Shown: positions 22,219-34,628 of the stretch, piece after piece | Position numbering within the stretch: position 1 is the first letter of the stretch | Layout: each line of letters starts with the position of its first letter | Assembly (NCBI GenBank): GCA_964019335.1 | Contig: OZ025736.1 | Coordinates: forward strand, 344,492-408,491 | Direction: 5' to 3' | Origin: Diplonema japonicum | Taxonomy: Eukaryota > Protista > Euglenozoa: Diplonemea | DNA: 64,000 bases | Program-made: the position numbers and the translations under genes | The notes under the pieces: model-generated | What the model saw: the letters and a program-made list of their open reading frames with translations, nothing else | Databases searched by the model: none | Told to the model about the DNA's origin: nothing

Positions 22219-22932
22219 ATAAACACCTCCTTAAGGGTCGCTTCGGTTTCTTCGTCAAGGATGTCTGAGAGGTCTGCGGACATGATGCCCTTTCTGGTTT
22301 TGCAGTCACGGACCACCTTTGCGTAGGCGATGTTGTCCTTGACAATCTTCTGCATTTCAGGGAAGTGCCAGCCGTACCATTCCTTGACCCGCATGACGTA
22401 GGTGTTGAGCTCCTTGTCGAGGTCGTCCATGAGAGCGATGGCCTGGATGATCATAAGATCGATCTTGTCAGGGGAGAACTTCAGTTTGTACCTTGCAAGG
22501 TTGTGCGCGAGGGCGAGGGACGCCTGGTTGTTGGTGGTCTCACTCACACTGTCCACGAGCTCCTTGATCTGGTGGCTGACAGTTCGAAGGACTTCGTTCA
22601 CCTCGTCACCGTGAACACAGGGGATCTCCACCTTTTCCTTGATAGACTTTCCAAGTTTCACATCCCACACTGCAAGCTCGTCTTTGATCCCCTTACCCAC
22701 ATAGTTCTTTTTCAAAAATTTCTCCAGACCCTTCGAGCAGGTACCGTCCACCAGTGCAGTCACGCTCTCCAGCGCCTCTTTCGTGTCCTGTAAAAAAAAG
22801 ATTTTTTTATTTTTTTTTTTTAAAGTTGCGTACCCTGAACGGCTTGAACGCGGCAAGCTTGAATTTACCCTTATCAGGGTTCACCACCTTCAGAAGGGCG
22901 TACCCGGTGGGCAGTTCGTAAAGGGCGTGCAT
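21355..22932 (-). CDS. NOP58: Nucleolar protein 58 (box C/D snoRNP); exons 22932-22834, 22787-22227, 22161-21541, 21468-21355 (464 aa)
   Basis: LAHNLARYKLKFSPDKIDLMIIQAI...KELNTYVMRVKEWYGWHFPE; PASTVQLLGAEKALF; TPKYGLIF; KKE tail; three phase-0 introns. Confidence 0.93.
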
Positions 22933-25339
22933 TTTTCTATATTTTTTTTTTCCCTTTTTTTTTTCGCGGGGTGGGGGTGGACCTTTTTTTTTTTTTATAT
23001 TTAAATTTTGAATTCCCCCACTCAGGTAGAAAGAAAAAAAAAAGAAAAAAAAGGAAAAAAAAAGGGGGTTGTGGGAAACGAGAAGAGGAATTTCTTTTTT
23101 TTTCTTTTTCATTCTGGGGAAAAGGGAAAAAAAGGGGGGGGGGGAAGCAGGGATATGTGGGCAGACAAAGAAAAATGGGAGGGGAGGGGTGAAACTATGT
23201 GCGCAGAGGGAAAAAGGCAAAAAAAAAAAAGTTTTAAAGAAAACAACGCAAAATGTTTTTAAGGACGAAGTCCTATTTTTTTTTGTGGACAGTTTAAAAA
23301 AAAAAAAAAGTTTTTTTTTTCCCTTTTGGGTCTGTGTGCTATTCTCCACCGCTGTGGCCCTCTACCAAAACTATCTTCCTTAGCCGTCGGTACTCTTTCC
23401 TTTGGCGATTGCTTTCAAAATTCTAAAGAAAAAAAAAAAAGAAAAATAATAATAGCTTCAGAAGAATCATGGATCAACTAATAAGAAAAAAAAATTCAAC
23501 TAATGATGGGGGAAAGCATCGATAGCAGTCCAACCAAATAAAAAACAAGGGGGGGGGAGAGAAAAAAAAGTAGCAGGAATAAATAATCTTCTTCTTCTTT
23601 TCTTTAGATGTAAAGAAAAGAAAAATGGGAAAAGGGGATGGTAACTGGGGAAGCACCTGTACTAGGTGCATATAGGCACTGCCTAAAACAAAGGGGGGGG
23701 GGGGGGGGGGGGGGCGTGGGACGATAAGGGAAGATAAACGTGAAAAGGGGAAGTATTTTCTTTTTTTCATTTTTCTTCTCATGCATTCGTTCCTAGTGGA
23801 TAAAAAACACAGCTTTTTTTTTTTTTTTTTTTTTTTTGTAGGGGAGAGAGGGGAAAGTGGGGAGGGTATGAAATCCAAAAATTCATTATGGGCTTCTTAA
23901 ATGCGTTATTTTGAACAATTCTGTTTTTTTTTTTCCTTTTTCCTCCTTTTTTTTCTTCTTCCTTCTTTTTCGTGTATTTCCGACCGTAATTTTTCTCATT
24001 CACATCCTCGACCATCATTCCGGCCCCTTTTACTATTATTTTTCAAACACATTACTTCTTCCTTTTTTTTTTCCCCCCTCTTTTTTTTTTTTTTTTTAAT
24101 TTATTTCACTGGGGAGAAAGTGGAAATTAAAAAAAAAAATTCTCTCCCCCCGTTTTCTTTTTTTTTTTTTTTTTTTTTTTTGCAGGCGGGACGTGTTTAT
24201 AAAACGCAGTTCGTCCTAATGCCCTGCAGCTCACCAGTCAAGGGAGAAAAAAAAATAATATTTCTTTGCCTCCCTTACGAGTTTGAGACAGTCAAGTTAA
24301 CACAATTTCACACTTTTCTGGAAACTTTTTTCCCCCGTTCCCTTTCTGTCCAGCTCCAACAGGGAGGTTTACTTCGTTTGATTATAGGTGGTGAGGTGGG
24401 GGGGGGGGGGGGAGCGCCAGAACGACAGGGAAAGGGGAAAGAAAAAAAAAGAAACAAAAAGAGAAAGAAATCTTCTTCGCTAGTTTTTTTTTTTTTTGCT
24501 AAAATGTTTCCTTTCTCTCCTTTGTGGCTTGAATGTAAAAAAAAAAAAAACAGTAAGGAGAAAGAACACGAAGAACAGGTAAAAATTTAAAGTAAAATGG
24601 GTCGGGGTGGGGTGGTGTGCAACGTCCTCCCTCCCTTTTTTTATTCTCTCTCTTTCTTTTTTCTCCTCCATACAGCCCGCAAAAGAAGTCTCATAGCACC
24701 CACCGGATTATAGGTTGTTAGGGGTAAAAAGCCTATGCACTTTTTTTTTCTTTCTTTTTTTCTTTCTTTCTTTCTTTCTGTCTTCTTTCCACTCCTTATC
24801 AATAAAACAAGAGAGATAAAAAAAAATTAAAAAAGAAACATGTGACACACAACAAAGATAGGCACCACAGCGTGTGCAAAGAAGCAAACAGCCGGTAGGG
24901 AAGGGAGAGGGGGTGATGGTCCACCCCTTTGCAGGAGCAAATATTGGTAGAGGGACAGGGGGAGGGGGAATCATGGCATAAGCAATAAAATACTATCAGC
25001 TTCACCTTTTTCAAACCCCGAAGGGGTGGGATCCTTCTCTTTTTTTCATTTTTTTTTTCCATTTTTTTTTCATCTTTTTCCCGTCCCCCCCCCTGTTTCT
25101 TTTCTGGGGGTAAAAAAAAAAAAAGTGCCTCGTTTATTGGGGGGGAAAAAAAGGCACGAAATAAAAAAAAAAAATATAAAAAAAAACTGAAAGTATTGCA
25201 GTAACCTAAACATGGGGTGAGGAGGGAGGAAGGGAGGGGGGGGGGGGGGGGGGAGATACGAAAAAAGAGAAATACAACAGCGCGGGACTTAAAGTTCATC
25301 TTGACGTGGTTCCCTCCACCGCTTCAACCCTGTTTCACA

Positions 25340-25410
25340 GTTTCAGTCCACCTTCCAGCCTAACCCCAGGACTCTGAGGTGGCCTCACGAAACGCCAGGG
25401 TGGCAGCAAG
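25340..25410 (-). repeat. Repeat family A-related copy
   Basis: Minus strand reads CTTGCTGCCACCCTGGCG...GGCCACCTCAGAGTCCTGGGG...GACTGAAAC. Confidence 0.45.
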
Positions 25411-26109
25411 GTAGACGGTTGATTGCCTAGAAAAGACTGAGAGTGAGCCAGATATTTTCTTTTAAGGCAAACAAGTAGTTTAGTGCAGTTGTTTCCTCCA
25501 ATTTTTTTTTTTTTTGTGCGAACTGCCATTTTTCTTTTTTTTTTTCCCTTTTTTTTTTTAAAGCCTCCCCCGGGGTTTTGTTTCATGCAGGTTTTAGTCC
25601 GTGCTTATGTGGCATGACCCGACCGGTTAACTTTAAAAAAATCTCTATTTTTTTTGTTGGAAAGAAAAGAAATAGGAGAGAAAAAAAAAAAAAGAACACT
25701 CAACCTCCCTTTCACAAGAAACGAAGCCAAGCGCCCTATTCTCTTTTTCGTTTTCTTTTTTTTTTTTCATCTTTTTTTAACCGCCCAGGCCTGACAAATA
25801 AAAGATAGGGGTGGGAGAAAAAAAGAAAAAACCGAAACAAAAGCGCGAGGGGATAAGTAGTTTTAAAAAAGAAAAAAAAAAACTAAAAATTAAAAAAAAA
25901 AAAGGTAAGAAGAAAAAAAAAAGTGCACACAGTAAGAAGAATTTAGGGGGTGGGGAGGTGAGTGATAAAGGGTGGGGGAATAAAAAAAAAAAAAAAAAAA
26001 GGAAAGACTAATTGTCATTCTTGAAGGGGAATAAAGAAAAAAAAATATCACTATGATTGGAGGGGAAGAGGGAGAGAGAATATTTGTCCAGATGACCCGC
26101 CGCAAAAAA

Positions 26110-26622
26110 AAAAAATAACTATTTATTGCCAACAAATAATGAGTCATTATTTAACTCGAGTTCCCGAATTTTTTGCACGAGGGCCCGCAGGGCCCGAGTG
26201 CAAAAAAACGGGTAACGAGTGTTAAATAATGGCTCATTTGGCGGCAAGTAAGTCGTTTTATTTCACTCTTCGTCATTTGAGTCACTCACTCTTCACTGCT
26301 TTCACTGCTGTTTTTTTTCACGCAGGTCAGCCTTTTTGGGGAGTTTCCTAAGGTAATATGGGGTTGCTATTTCGCCGTGGCATTTAAAGGGAAAGTAAGG
26401 CACTTATTCCCACTTTTAAGGGCTGGAATGGCCTCAGATGGCCAAAAATAGTCAAAATCCCACCCCAAAAAAATTTTTCAAGGGGTTGGGTGCATTTTTT
26501 TCCACGGCCTAGTTAAATAATGGCGATTTCGCGTTAAATAATGGCCGTTTCGCGTTAAATAATGGCCATTTCGCGTTAAATAATGAGGCCCCTAGTGAGT
26601 GAAGAAAATGACGAAGAGTGAA
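26110..26622. mobile_element. Non-autonomous foldback/MITE-like element: long imperfect palindrome, a second inverted-repeat pair and a 21-bp tandem array
   Basis: Palindrome centred on GGGCCC-gca-GGGCCC (26181-26195) with ~70-bp imperfect arms; TTCACTCTTCGTCATTT (26262-26278) is inverted to 26606-26622; three copies of GTTAAATAATGGC..TTTCGC at 26512-26574. Confidence 0.6.
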
Positions 26623-26671
26623 GAAAAAAAAAAGAAAAAAAAAAAAAAAAAAAAAAAAAAAACACTGTTTT

Positions 26672-29600
26672 CTACTCATCACAATCGCCTTTTGTTGAGC
26701 TACCTCTCAATAGACTCCCCCACGCTTCACAAGTTCTAGCAGTGATGTCAAGCCGGGAAGCCAAGACAGGCTTGTGTTCCACAGAATCCACAGAATCTAG
26801 AACCTCAGGGTCCACGAACCTGCTAGCCAGCTCACCTGCCTTTTCCATTAACCGGTTGAGCTCAGACAAAACAGTCCTTGCTTGGGGGGTCTGATCAAGA
26901 ATTTCGGTGGTGAGCCTTTTTTTTTTTTTTTTTTCCCCCTTCAGAAAAAAAAAATACCACAATTTGTACAAAGCGCCCAGCGCCTTCATCTGGAAATGCC
27001 TGCATTTTCTCTGCTTCGCAAGGTTGAATGAAGCGATCAGTTTGCTCTCCGCAGTGGTATATACCCTCGCTTCCAAGGGCTCGACCCCTGGTTCGACCAA
27101 CGACGCTGCAGCATCTCTGTCTTCTTTCAAGACCTTAATCATCAGAATCGCCTGCAGCCTCATGAGTTCTGGAGCAAACTGCATATCCGACACAGACCCC
27201 TTCAAGTAGTCTATGTACGGCATAGGGCTACACCCACTGTCAACAACTGCTTCTAGCAACGCGCAACGCAGCAGCTGCAACGACCCAAATGCCTTCGTGA
27301 GGGTCCTCAACGGGTCCATCGCCTGGTCAGGGGAACCCTTTGCGATTGCAATGAAAAAGTTAGCCAATGTTACGCTTAGACTGTCACCTATCTGCCGGGC
27401 CATGTCCAGTGCATTCTCAGCATATCGTGTCACGGCCGAAAAATTCTTCAAAAGCACGTGGTACTGGCATGCAAGCGCATTGACCCTTGGCTGCGACACA
27501 CCCTTTGTCTTATTCCCTGCGTACGTTTTCGCTGCATCCTCCACGTCCTCCGCTTGGCTGTAATTCCCCATAACGATGTATGCGATCTTTAAAGCGACGA
27601 GGAGGTCCGGTTGGGGCATCCCGCTGCTCATCCCGCAGAAGAACGTGGACAGCTTCTGGGAACTAAACTGCGCGTTATCCAGCGACTTGCACCTTTCCAG
27701 CGTGTCTTTTATGATTTCTATCATGTCGCTGTTTCTGTCGCCGCAGCATTGATACACCTGTACAGTGGTGCAGGAGCCTAGAACGGCTTCGATCTCTCCG
27801 CCAGCTTCGGCTGTCATGGCGTCAAGGGATTTTAAGGACATCAGTGCCTCTGCGATGCGGTCTTGGTTGGCGAGCTCTGTGCACTTCCCGCACGTTGCCC
27901 GGTACGTTGTTTCCCAGGTAGAGTCGGTGAAGGATTCTAGTTTTACCGCCAAGACTTGTTCGTGGAGTCTGAGGCAGTATTCTGGAGTGTATCGAGCCCG
28001 TGCCTTGTAGACAGGTTGCAAGAGTTCCGATAAGATGGCCATTTCTAGTTCAGCTGTCTCGGTGGCGTCGTCGCATTTTCTGTTTCGAAGAGGGATGAAT
28101 TCGTGGGCTGTGGAGTAGCTTGATGCGGATGATAGGTAGTCGCCGCAGGTATGAAGCCATTTCCCGTGTTTTCTCAAGCACCATATTGCCCTGTCGAGGT
28201 CTTCCGGTGTGCATTGTTCTTCAGCGCTCTTCACGTACGCGCTCCAGTGGCGTGCGAGCTGCGCCATCGTTCCGTTTTGGTCTTGGGTGTCCTGTGCCTC
28301 GTCGCTCTCCGAGTTCGCGATGATCAGTTTCCCTTCGATCCAATCCGCCAGTTGCTTGTGCATAGTTATCTTCTGTTCGTGCAGCACCATTCCGTACGCC
28401 TCCTCTTGCACCACTTTATCGGCGAATCTATAAGTATTCTCCGAACCTTGTGCGTGGTCTACTTGCTGGTCCAGGAAAATTCTCTGCGAGAAAAAAAAAA
28501 AAGAAAAATCTTTTTTCCTCCCTCTCTTTTTCTTTTTTCCATACTTGTTCAACGAGTTTCAGCACCGCGTGTAGAATAACGTTCTTGGACTTGCTCACAG
28601 GGAAGATCTCGTGAAGGGAGTTCAAGGTGAACTGTGGGTTGTGTTTTGATTTTTTTTTTTTTTCTCGCTTGTTGGGAAATGTACACACCTTCATCCCCAC
28701 CACGCTGGAGCACTTCACGACAAGCTGTTGCGTAGCCTGCAGCCTGTCGATAGTTGACCTGTTTATGTTTTTTTTTTTTTAATATAAATACTCCCCCTCT
28801 CATCGACTTACACACCTCACGTAGTTGATCATCGACTTCGGAACGAGCAGGTTGAGGCCCTCATCGTTCCCCATAAAGTGAAGCTTCCCGTTTGTAAGAC
28901 CGAGCTTAGATTGAGCCGTCCCGTTCTTAGAGACAAGGATGTCCCTTATGGCGTTGGAGAGGCCGACCAAGAGGTACACTCTACCTGACCGTGAGTTTTG
29001 GTACACGTAGGAAGACACAGCGGGCTCAAGCTGAGTAATCTCAGGGATGTCAGGGTGCGACTGCAGCTGTCTATTGAGCAGGGTGATCAGAAGCTCAGAT
29101 GACTGTGCTTCGGTCAAGGGCTTCAAAGTTATGATAGTTGTGGACTGTGTGTACTCCCTCAATTTAATCCAAATACTCGCTTCTTGTTTGTAAGTAAGCT
29201 CCGCGTTTGTCTCCAGTGGCCGCTGCGTGCACACCACCATGATCTGTGACTGTTTGTCCTTCGACTCTGCCAGCTGAAGTAACAGTTCCAACGACGGGAT
29301 ATCATGACAGTTCTGCATGCTGTCGAGCAAGATGAAAAGCGGTTGTTGCTGCGAGTGGTACTTCAGTATAATGTGGAGCATCGACGTTGTTGTCTTTGCC
29401 TTTATAGAGGTAGAGATGTCGCTTAGAGAAGGTGGTTCTCTGAAGGTTGTTTTGAGGATTGGGTTTAAAAGCGCTAGGAAACACTCCAGTTCCAACTGGA
29501 GGTACCCGAACTCCATCCAGTCGTCCATGCGCGCGAGGATTTCAAGATGGGCGCGCAGATGTTTTGCTTTGGAAACCCCGGGCTGCATGTTTCCAAGAAG

Positions 29601-31706
29601 CAGCTGTGTGAAGATCGGTTCCCAAACATGAAACGCGGTGTCCGACGCGGTGTCAGCTGTGCTCTCAAGAACGGTCCCTGGTACGATACCCTTCTCCACG
29701 GGTATTGCGCAGTGTCGCGTTAGGTATGATTTTCCCATACCGCCTTCACCATAGACTAGAACAACGCGGGTTTTAACAGTTCCAGCAGCGTCGGAAACGA
29801 CATCGTCGCGGACCTCTTCGAGGAGCTTGAGCTCCTGGGCACGGCCAATCATGACAAGAGTCCGTTCTTCATCGTCGCCTTCAGATTCTTCACCGTCCTC
29901 TCCTTGTGCGCGTTGATACGCGGCGAAATCGCGACGGCCCTTGAAAAGCTTCATCGGGACGTACAACTGTATAGGTGAGTCCGATCCTCTGACAGAACGT
30001 TGTTCCAGGGACGTGTCATATAATGTGTTTTTCTTCGTCAGGTTGAACGTGGCTGGATCGACGAGAATCTTCGACCACACGTTGGAAGACCCTTTTTCCG
30101 GGGTTGACGAGTTTGATTCCCGTCTGTTGTTCACAACCTCTTCATTGTGGACGCCTTCACACATTGTCATCAACCTCGCTCCAAGATTCACCGCTGAACC
30201 CATGATCGTGTAATCACGTCGGGTCAGGGAACCGATCGAACCCACAAATGTTTCACCAGTTGTGACGCCTATGGAAATCCCGATGCCGAGCTGTTCGCAT
30301 CTTTCTCTGATTTCCAATGCGGATTTGATAGCACGGCTTGAATCGTCCGTGTGTTGCGGGATGCCGTAGGTTACAATTATGGAGCATCCTTTTTCATCGA
30401 CAAGACAGTTCGCAATACACCCTTCCGCTGTGTACACAATGTTCTGAATCGATCTGATCATCTGGTGGATTGATGAGAATGCGGTGTCGGCGGTACCGGT
30501 TATGTTCTCGCTGAGCTGTTCCCAGTTGTTGACCCCCATGAACAACATCGACAGAACCCTCGTTTCAGAAATAGAGTGCTGGCCTTCTTCAAGCTTCGCC
30601 TGCACAAACGAATCGATGAAACCTTTCACACCGCGATCCATCGCTGTTGTCAAAATTATAGGCGCTAATGGTGTCCCAGCTGGTATCGTCGCACTGGGTT
30701 TCATCGCCATGAGATAGCCTTCCTTGTCTTTTTCACCTATCATCTGCCCGGAATATATATTTGTGGTGCCGGTTTTTTCAACGCATTCCATGGCTTCTTT
30801 GGAGATCACGATCTGACCCTCTTGGGATAAGGGCATGGTGACTGCTAGCTGGTCGAAAACTCTTCCAAACACAACACGACGCCAGAAATCGCCGCTTCCT
30901 CCGACGGTCATGGTTTTGACTTCCGACGCGCCGATGCCGATGTGGACGCCGATCTCTCTGTCCATTTCGCCTGGTGCGTCTTTTGACACTCTTGCTACGT
31001 ATGATGGAAACCTGTGTCGGATCTGCATTGCACAGCTTAATGCCTGAACGGTCAGTGTAGCAAGCGACGAGCTGCAGTATTGAGACCCGAACAACACGAT
31101 AAGAGCATCGCCTGCAAATTTTTCCACAGCACCACCGTACTCTGTTACAACGTCAATTAGCTGTGTGAAGTACCCGTTGATGTACGACGCCAGAAGCTCC
31201 ACACCGAGCATGTTGGGTAGCTTTGACAGGGATTCACTGAGCGCTGTGAAACCTGAAATGTCTACCATCATCACCACTCCTTGAAATGATGAAAATTCGG
31301 GGGTTGAAATGGGTGAGCTGTCTACTTGGAAATGCTTCAGAACCGGCCATGGTACATAAGGTGTCAGCGCATCTGCGAAGGGGCTCGGTTGTTGCAGTTT
31401 TTTCAGAAACGCTTTTCTTCGCTCGCCGCCCTTAACCTTCACCTTTTTGTCGACGTCAGTCTGGTTTCCTTGGGCGTCGGGTTGGAACCTGCCTTTGCTT
31501 TTCTTCTTGTATTTGTCTTTGCTGCTCTTTTTCCTTCGTTCCTTCCCAGACCCCGTGCCGCTTGGGTTCGAGGATTTTTGCACTTCCTGTTTAACCTCTT
31601 TTTTTTCTTTCTCCCCAGTGCGTTCCTCTCCCTTTTTTTGTGATTTGTGCTTATCCTCAGACTGCGGCTGAGTCTTTGCTGTGCCTGAACTCGCGGCGCA
31701 ACCCAT
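26672..31706 (-). CDS. Soluble adenylyl cyclase (ADCY10/sAC)-like protein: two class III cyclase domains, STAND P-loop, helical repeats; exons 31706-28816, 28758-28689, 28631-28545, 28483-26958, 26915-26672 (1605 aa)
   Basis: VDISGFTALSE, EKFAGDAL, DEKG, DYTIMGSAVNLGARLM, Walker A GEGGMGKS; splicing restores STIDRL...VVKCSSVVG; N-terminal MGC acylation motif. Confidence 0.85.
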
Positions 31707-33046
31707 TTTTTTTTTTCAAAAAGAATTCGAAAAAAGACGGGGGGGAGGGAGGGAAAAAGGGTTTATGGAACTACCCCCTTAACCTTTTTTTCTTTCTTTT
31801 TTTTTTCCCCCCCTTCCTCTCCCGCCCTCCTTTTTTTTTTTTTTCTTCCTTTCCCACCTCCCGCCCTCCTGTTGTTTTTTTTTTTTTTCTTCTTCTAAAA
31901 TGGAACAAAAAAAAAAAACATGTATAGGGGAAAATAATAGGGATAACAAAACTATCGAACCAAGTAGGACCCAAATCAAAGAACCGTGGGGGGGGTATAA
32001 AAAGGGGATATTTTGGAGGCGGGGGGAAAGGAGGGGGGTAAAAAAAAAGAAGAGAAATAGAACGAAAAAAGTGTGAAAGAAAATGGAGAAAAAAAAAGGG
32101 AGTCAATTGAAAAAGTGTGCGGAATATGAAAAAAAAAAAAAAAAAAAAAAAACAGCTTTCTTTTTCCCTTCTTCTTTTTCTCTTTTTTAGACTGTCTTGG
32201 GGGGCTTTATACTTTGGGCCTGGATTCTCCATTTCATTCTTTCTTTCCCCTTTTTTTTTCCCCATGTAGCTGGGCCCGAGGCGCGCGTCTGAACGCAATT
32301 TTCTACCAACTGCATTAACAGCGCTAATGAAACCGGAAGAAAATGCCTTACGTGTTTAATAATGTGAAAAAGAAAGAGGGGTAATTTCTTTTTTCTGGGG
32401 GGGGGAGAGAGAAAGGCAAACTTTAGTTATTGTGTATAACAAAAATATTTCTCTGCTTCTTCTTTTTTTTTTCTTTGAAAAATTACCCCCCCCGTCCCTA
32501 CCAACCTTGCTCAACCCTTTTTTCTTGGGGGGGGTAGAGGGGGTGTCAAAACAAGAAATGACAAAAAAAATAGAGAGGGAGAGAGGGGGGATTTCTTTTT
32601 TCTTTTTTTTTCCCACCACCCTTTTTTTTTGTTTATAATGGACTCCCCGACCGAAAAGAAGAGGAAGGGGGGGGAGGAAAAAATGAATTTCTTTCCACGA
32701 CGATTTATTTCGTCTTTTTTTTTTTTTAAAGCGCAACAACTCCCCCAACATTTTGTCTACTTGATCTACAGGGAGGGTGACCTCCATACCCATTCCCATA
32801 CCACGATGCCAGTATTCTTTTTTTTTTTTTTTTTTTCTTGCTGATAATCTTCCGTTTTCCTTCGCACACATCTGGTTGCACCATTTCTTGCCATGTTTCC
32901 TTTGGCAAGGATGCCCCCCCCCCTCCCCGTTTTTTCTTTTCCTTCTTTTTTTTTTTTTCGCTTCGTTCTTCGCCATCGCCACGGGGAACAAACGGGCCTA
33001 GTTACATAAAAAAAAAATATGGGTGAAACTTGTTGTTGTTTATTTT

Positions 33047-33085
<39 letters not shown>

Positions 33086-33584
33086 AAGAACGAGTATTTG
33101 ACTTGTCTAAACAAAAGGGGAACGTTGGCAACGTGTTTCGGGTTGACAAACTTCTCCAGGTTTTACCCGGCACGTACAAACAACGGCCAGTTCCTCTTTT
33201 TTAAAAGAGGTAAAATGAAGTACATCCTTGCTCGGCTCAAAAGAATATAACAAGTTTAGAAAATTCTCAACCCGGAGAGAGGGAGAGAAAAGGGGGGGGG
33301 GGGGGGGATGGGGAAAAATAGCTTTCTTTTTTGCACCCCCCCCATCAGTAGCGACTTTAACCGTTCTTTTTTTTTCTTATTCCATCAAAGTTAACAACTC
33401 AAATAGAATAAGGAAAAAATAGAATGCACCCTCCCCCCCGTTTTTTTTTTAACACACTTTTTTAAATATAAATTCTGCCCCACACTTTTTTTTTTTTTTA
33501 ATATAAAGTTTTTTTTTTCTTTTTTTTTTTCGTTCTTCCCCCCCCCCCACCACACTTTCAAAAAAAAAAAAAAAATAGAGGACC

Positions 33585-34628
33585 TTAGTTTTTTTCCCAA
33601 TTTTTTAAGTGTGCATCCAGTTCGTCCTCTGTCATCGCGTGGACCCCTTCGTTGGGGCCTGGTCGTGCTTTACCTTCTTCCTGTTCTTCCTCCTCTTCTT
33701 CTTCTTCCTCTTCAGTCGACGATTTTTCAAAGTCCGACCTGGGCAACGTGAGGTTCGGCTGCGTTTTGGCAAACAACGAGTATGAAGCCGGCTCTTCCTG
33801 TTCCTCCCCGACTGGCGAGGTAGAGGTCCCTTGGTACGTAGACGCCAGACCGGTAGCCTCATAAGAGTCGGATAAAGGACTGGTAGGTTCTTCAGCCTCT
33901 TTCTGCATAGGGCTGATAGGAGCAGTCTCAGAAGGCGTATGCGGGGTAGGCGACATAAGTGGAGGCGGCTCTGCACTTGATGTAGGTGACACCTGCGCAA
34001 GGTTCTTCGACGTCATAGGCCGGCCTTTGTTTGTGATACCCGGTTCGATAAGACCGTATTTACTACCGCCCTCAGACATTGCAAGGTGACCAATGTCTTC
34101 TTCCGGAAACCAGTTTCGCCACGTTGAAGGTCCGCCAGGTGCGGATTTGACAGATGCGAGGAGAAGGATTGCATCGTTGTCGTCTGTGTTGTCATCGGCT
34201 GGGTTTTCCTCGGGTGGCTTTTCCTTTTCAGCTTTCTTTTTGAACACGTGGAGCATGTGGCATGTATCTGCTTTTTCGCAATGGCCGTGTAAGAAGTAGC
34301 TGCATCTTGGGACAGGCATGGGCAGCTTCCATTTAGCTAAGCATGTTCTGCATTGAAGGATTTTTGCGTGTCTTCGAGTTCTTACGTCATCCCAAGCGTT
34401 GTGGTCGCAGGGCCTGACCATCTCGGGGGGTGCCCGTCCGTTCTTTACCATCTGGTCCACTTCATCGTCGTCGTCTTTCTGTACCGCTGCTGGGGGGCCT
34501 CTGTTTCCTTTGTACCCTCCCTTCTTCCCCTTTTTGCCGCCTTTGAACCCTTTCCCTTTCCCTTTACCCTTTCCAAATGAAGGTCCATGACCTTTTCCCT
34601 CTCCCTTAGAATGCGACACGGCAGACAT
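33585..34628 (-). CDS. CCCH zinc-finger protein with KG-rich N-terminus and an extra Cys/His module
   Basis: C-x7-C-x5-C-x3-H (CSYFLHGHCEKADTCHMLH), preceded by RPCDHNAWD...CRTC; KGKGKGKG repeats. Confidence 0.7.
   Translation of the reverse strand: MSAVSHSKGEGKGHGPSFGKGKGKGKGFKGGKKGKKGGYKGNRGPPAAVQKDDDDEVDQMVKNGRAPPEMVRPCDHNAWDDVRTRRHAKILQCRTCLAKWKLPMPVPRCSYFLHGHCEKADTCHMLHVFKKKAEKEKPPEENPADDNTDDNDAILLLASVKSAPGGPSTWRNWFPEEDIGHLAMSEGGSKYGLIEPGITNKGRPMTSKNLAQVSPTSSAEPPPLMSPTPHTPSETAPISPMQKEAEEPTSPLSDSYEATGLASTYQGTSTSPVGEEQEEPASYSLFAKTQPNLTLPRSDFEKSSTEEEEEEEEEEQEEGKARPGPNEGVHAMTEDELDAHLKNWEKN

Noticed and set aside
20600-26100. Numerous poly-Lys/Phe/Pro/Gly ORFs in the spacers
   Set aside because: Artefacts of stop-poor homopolymer tracts.
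32356-33250. Possible small spliced gene in the spacer
   Set aside because: No consistent exon chain or recognisable motif.
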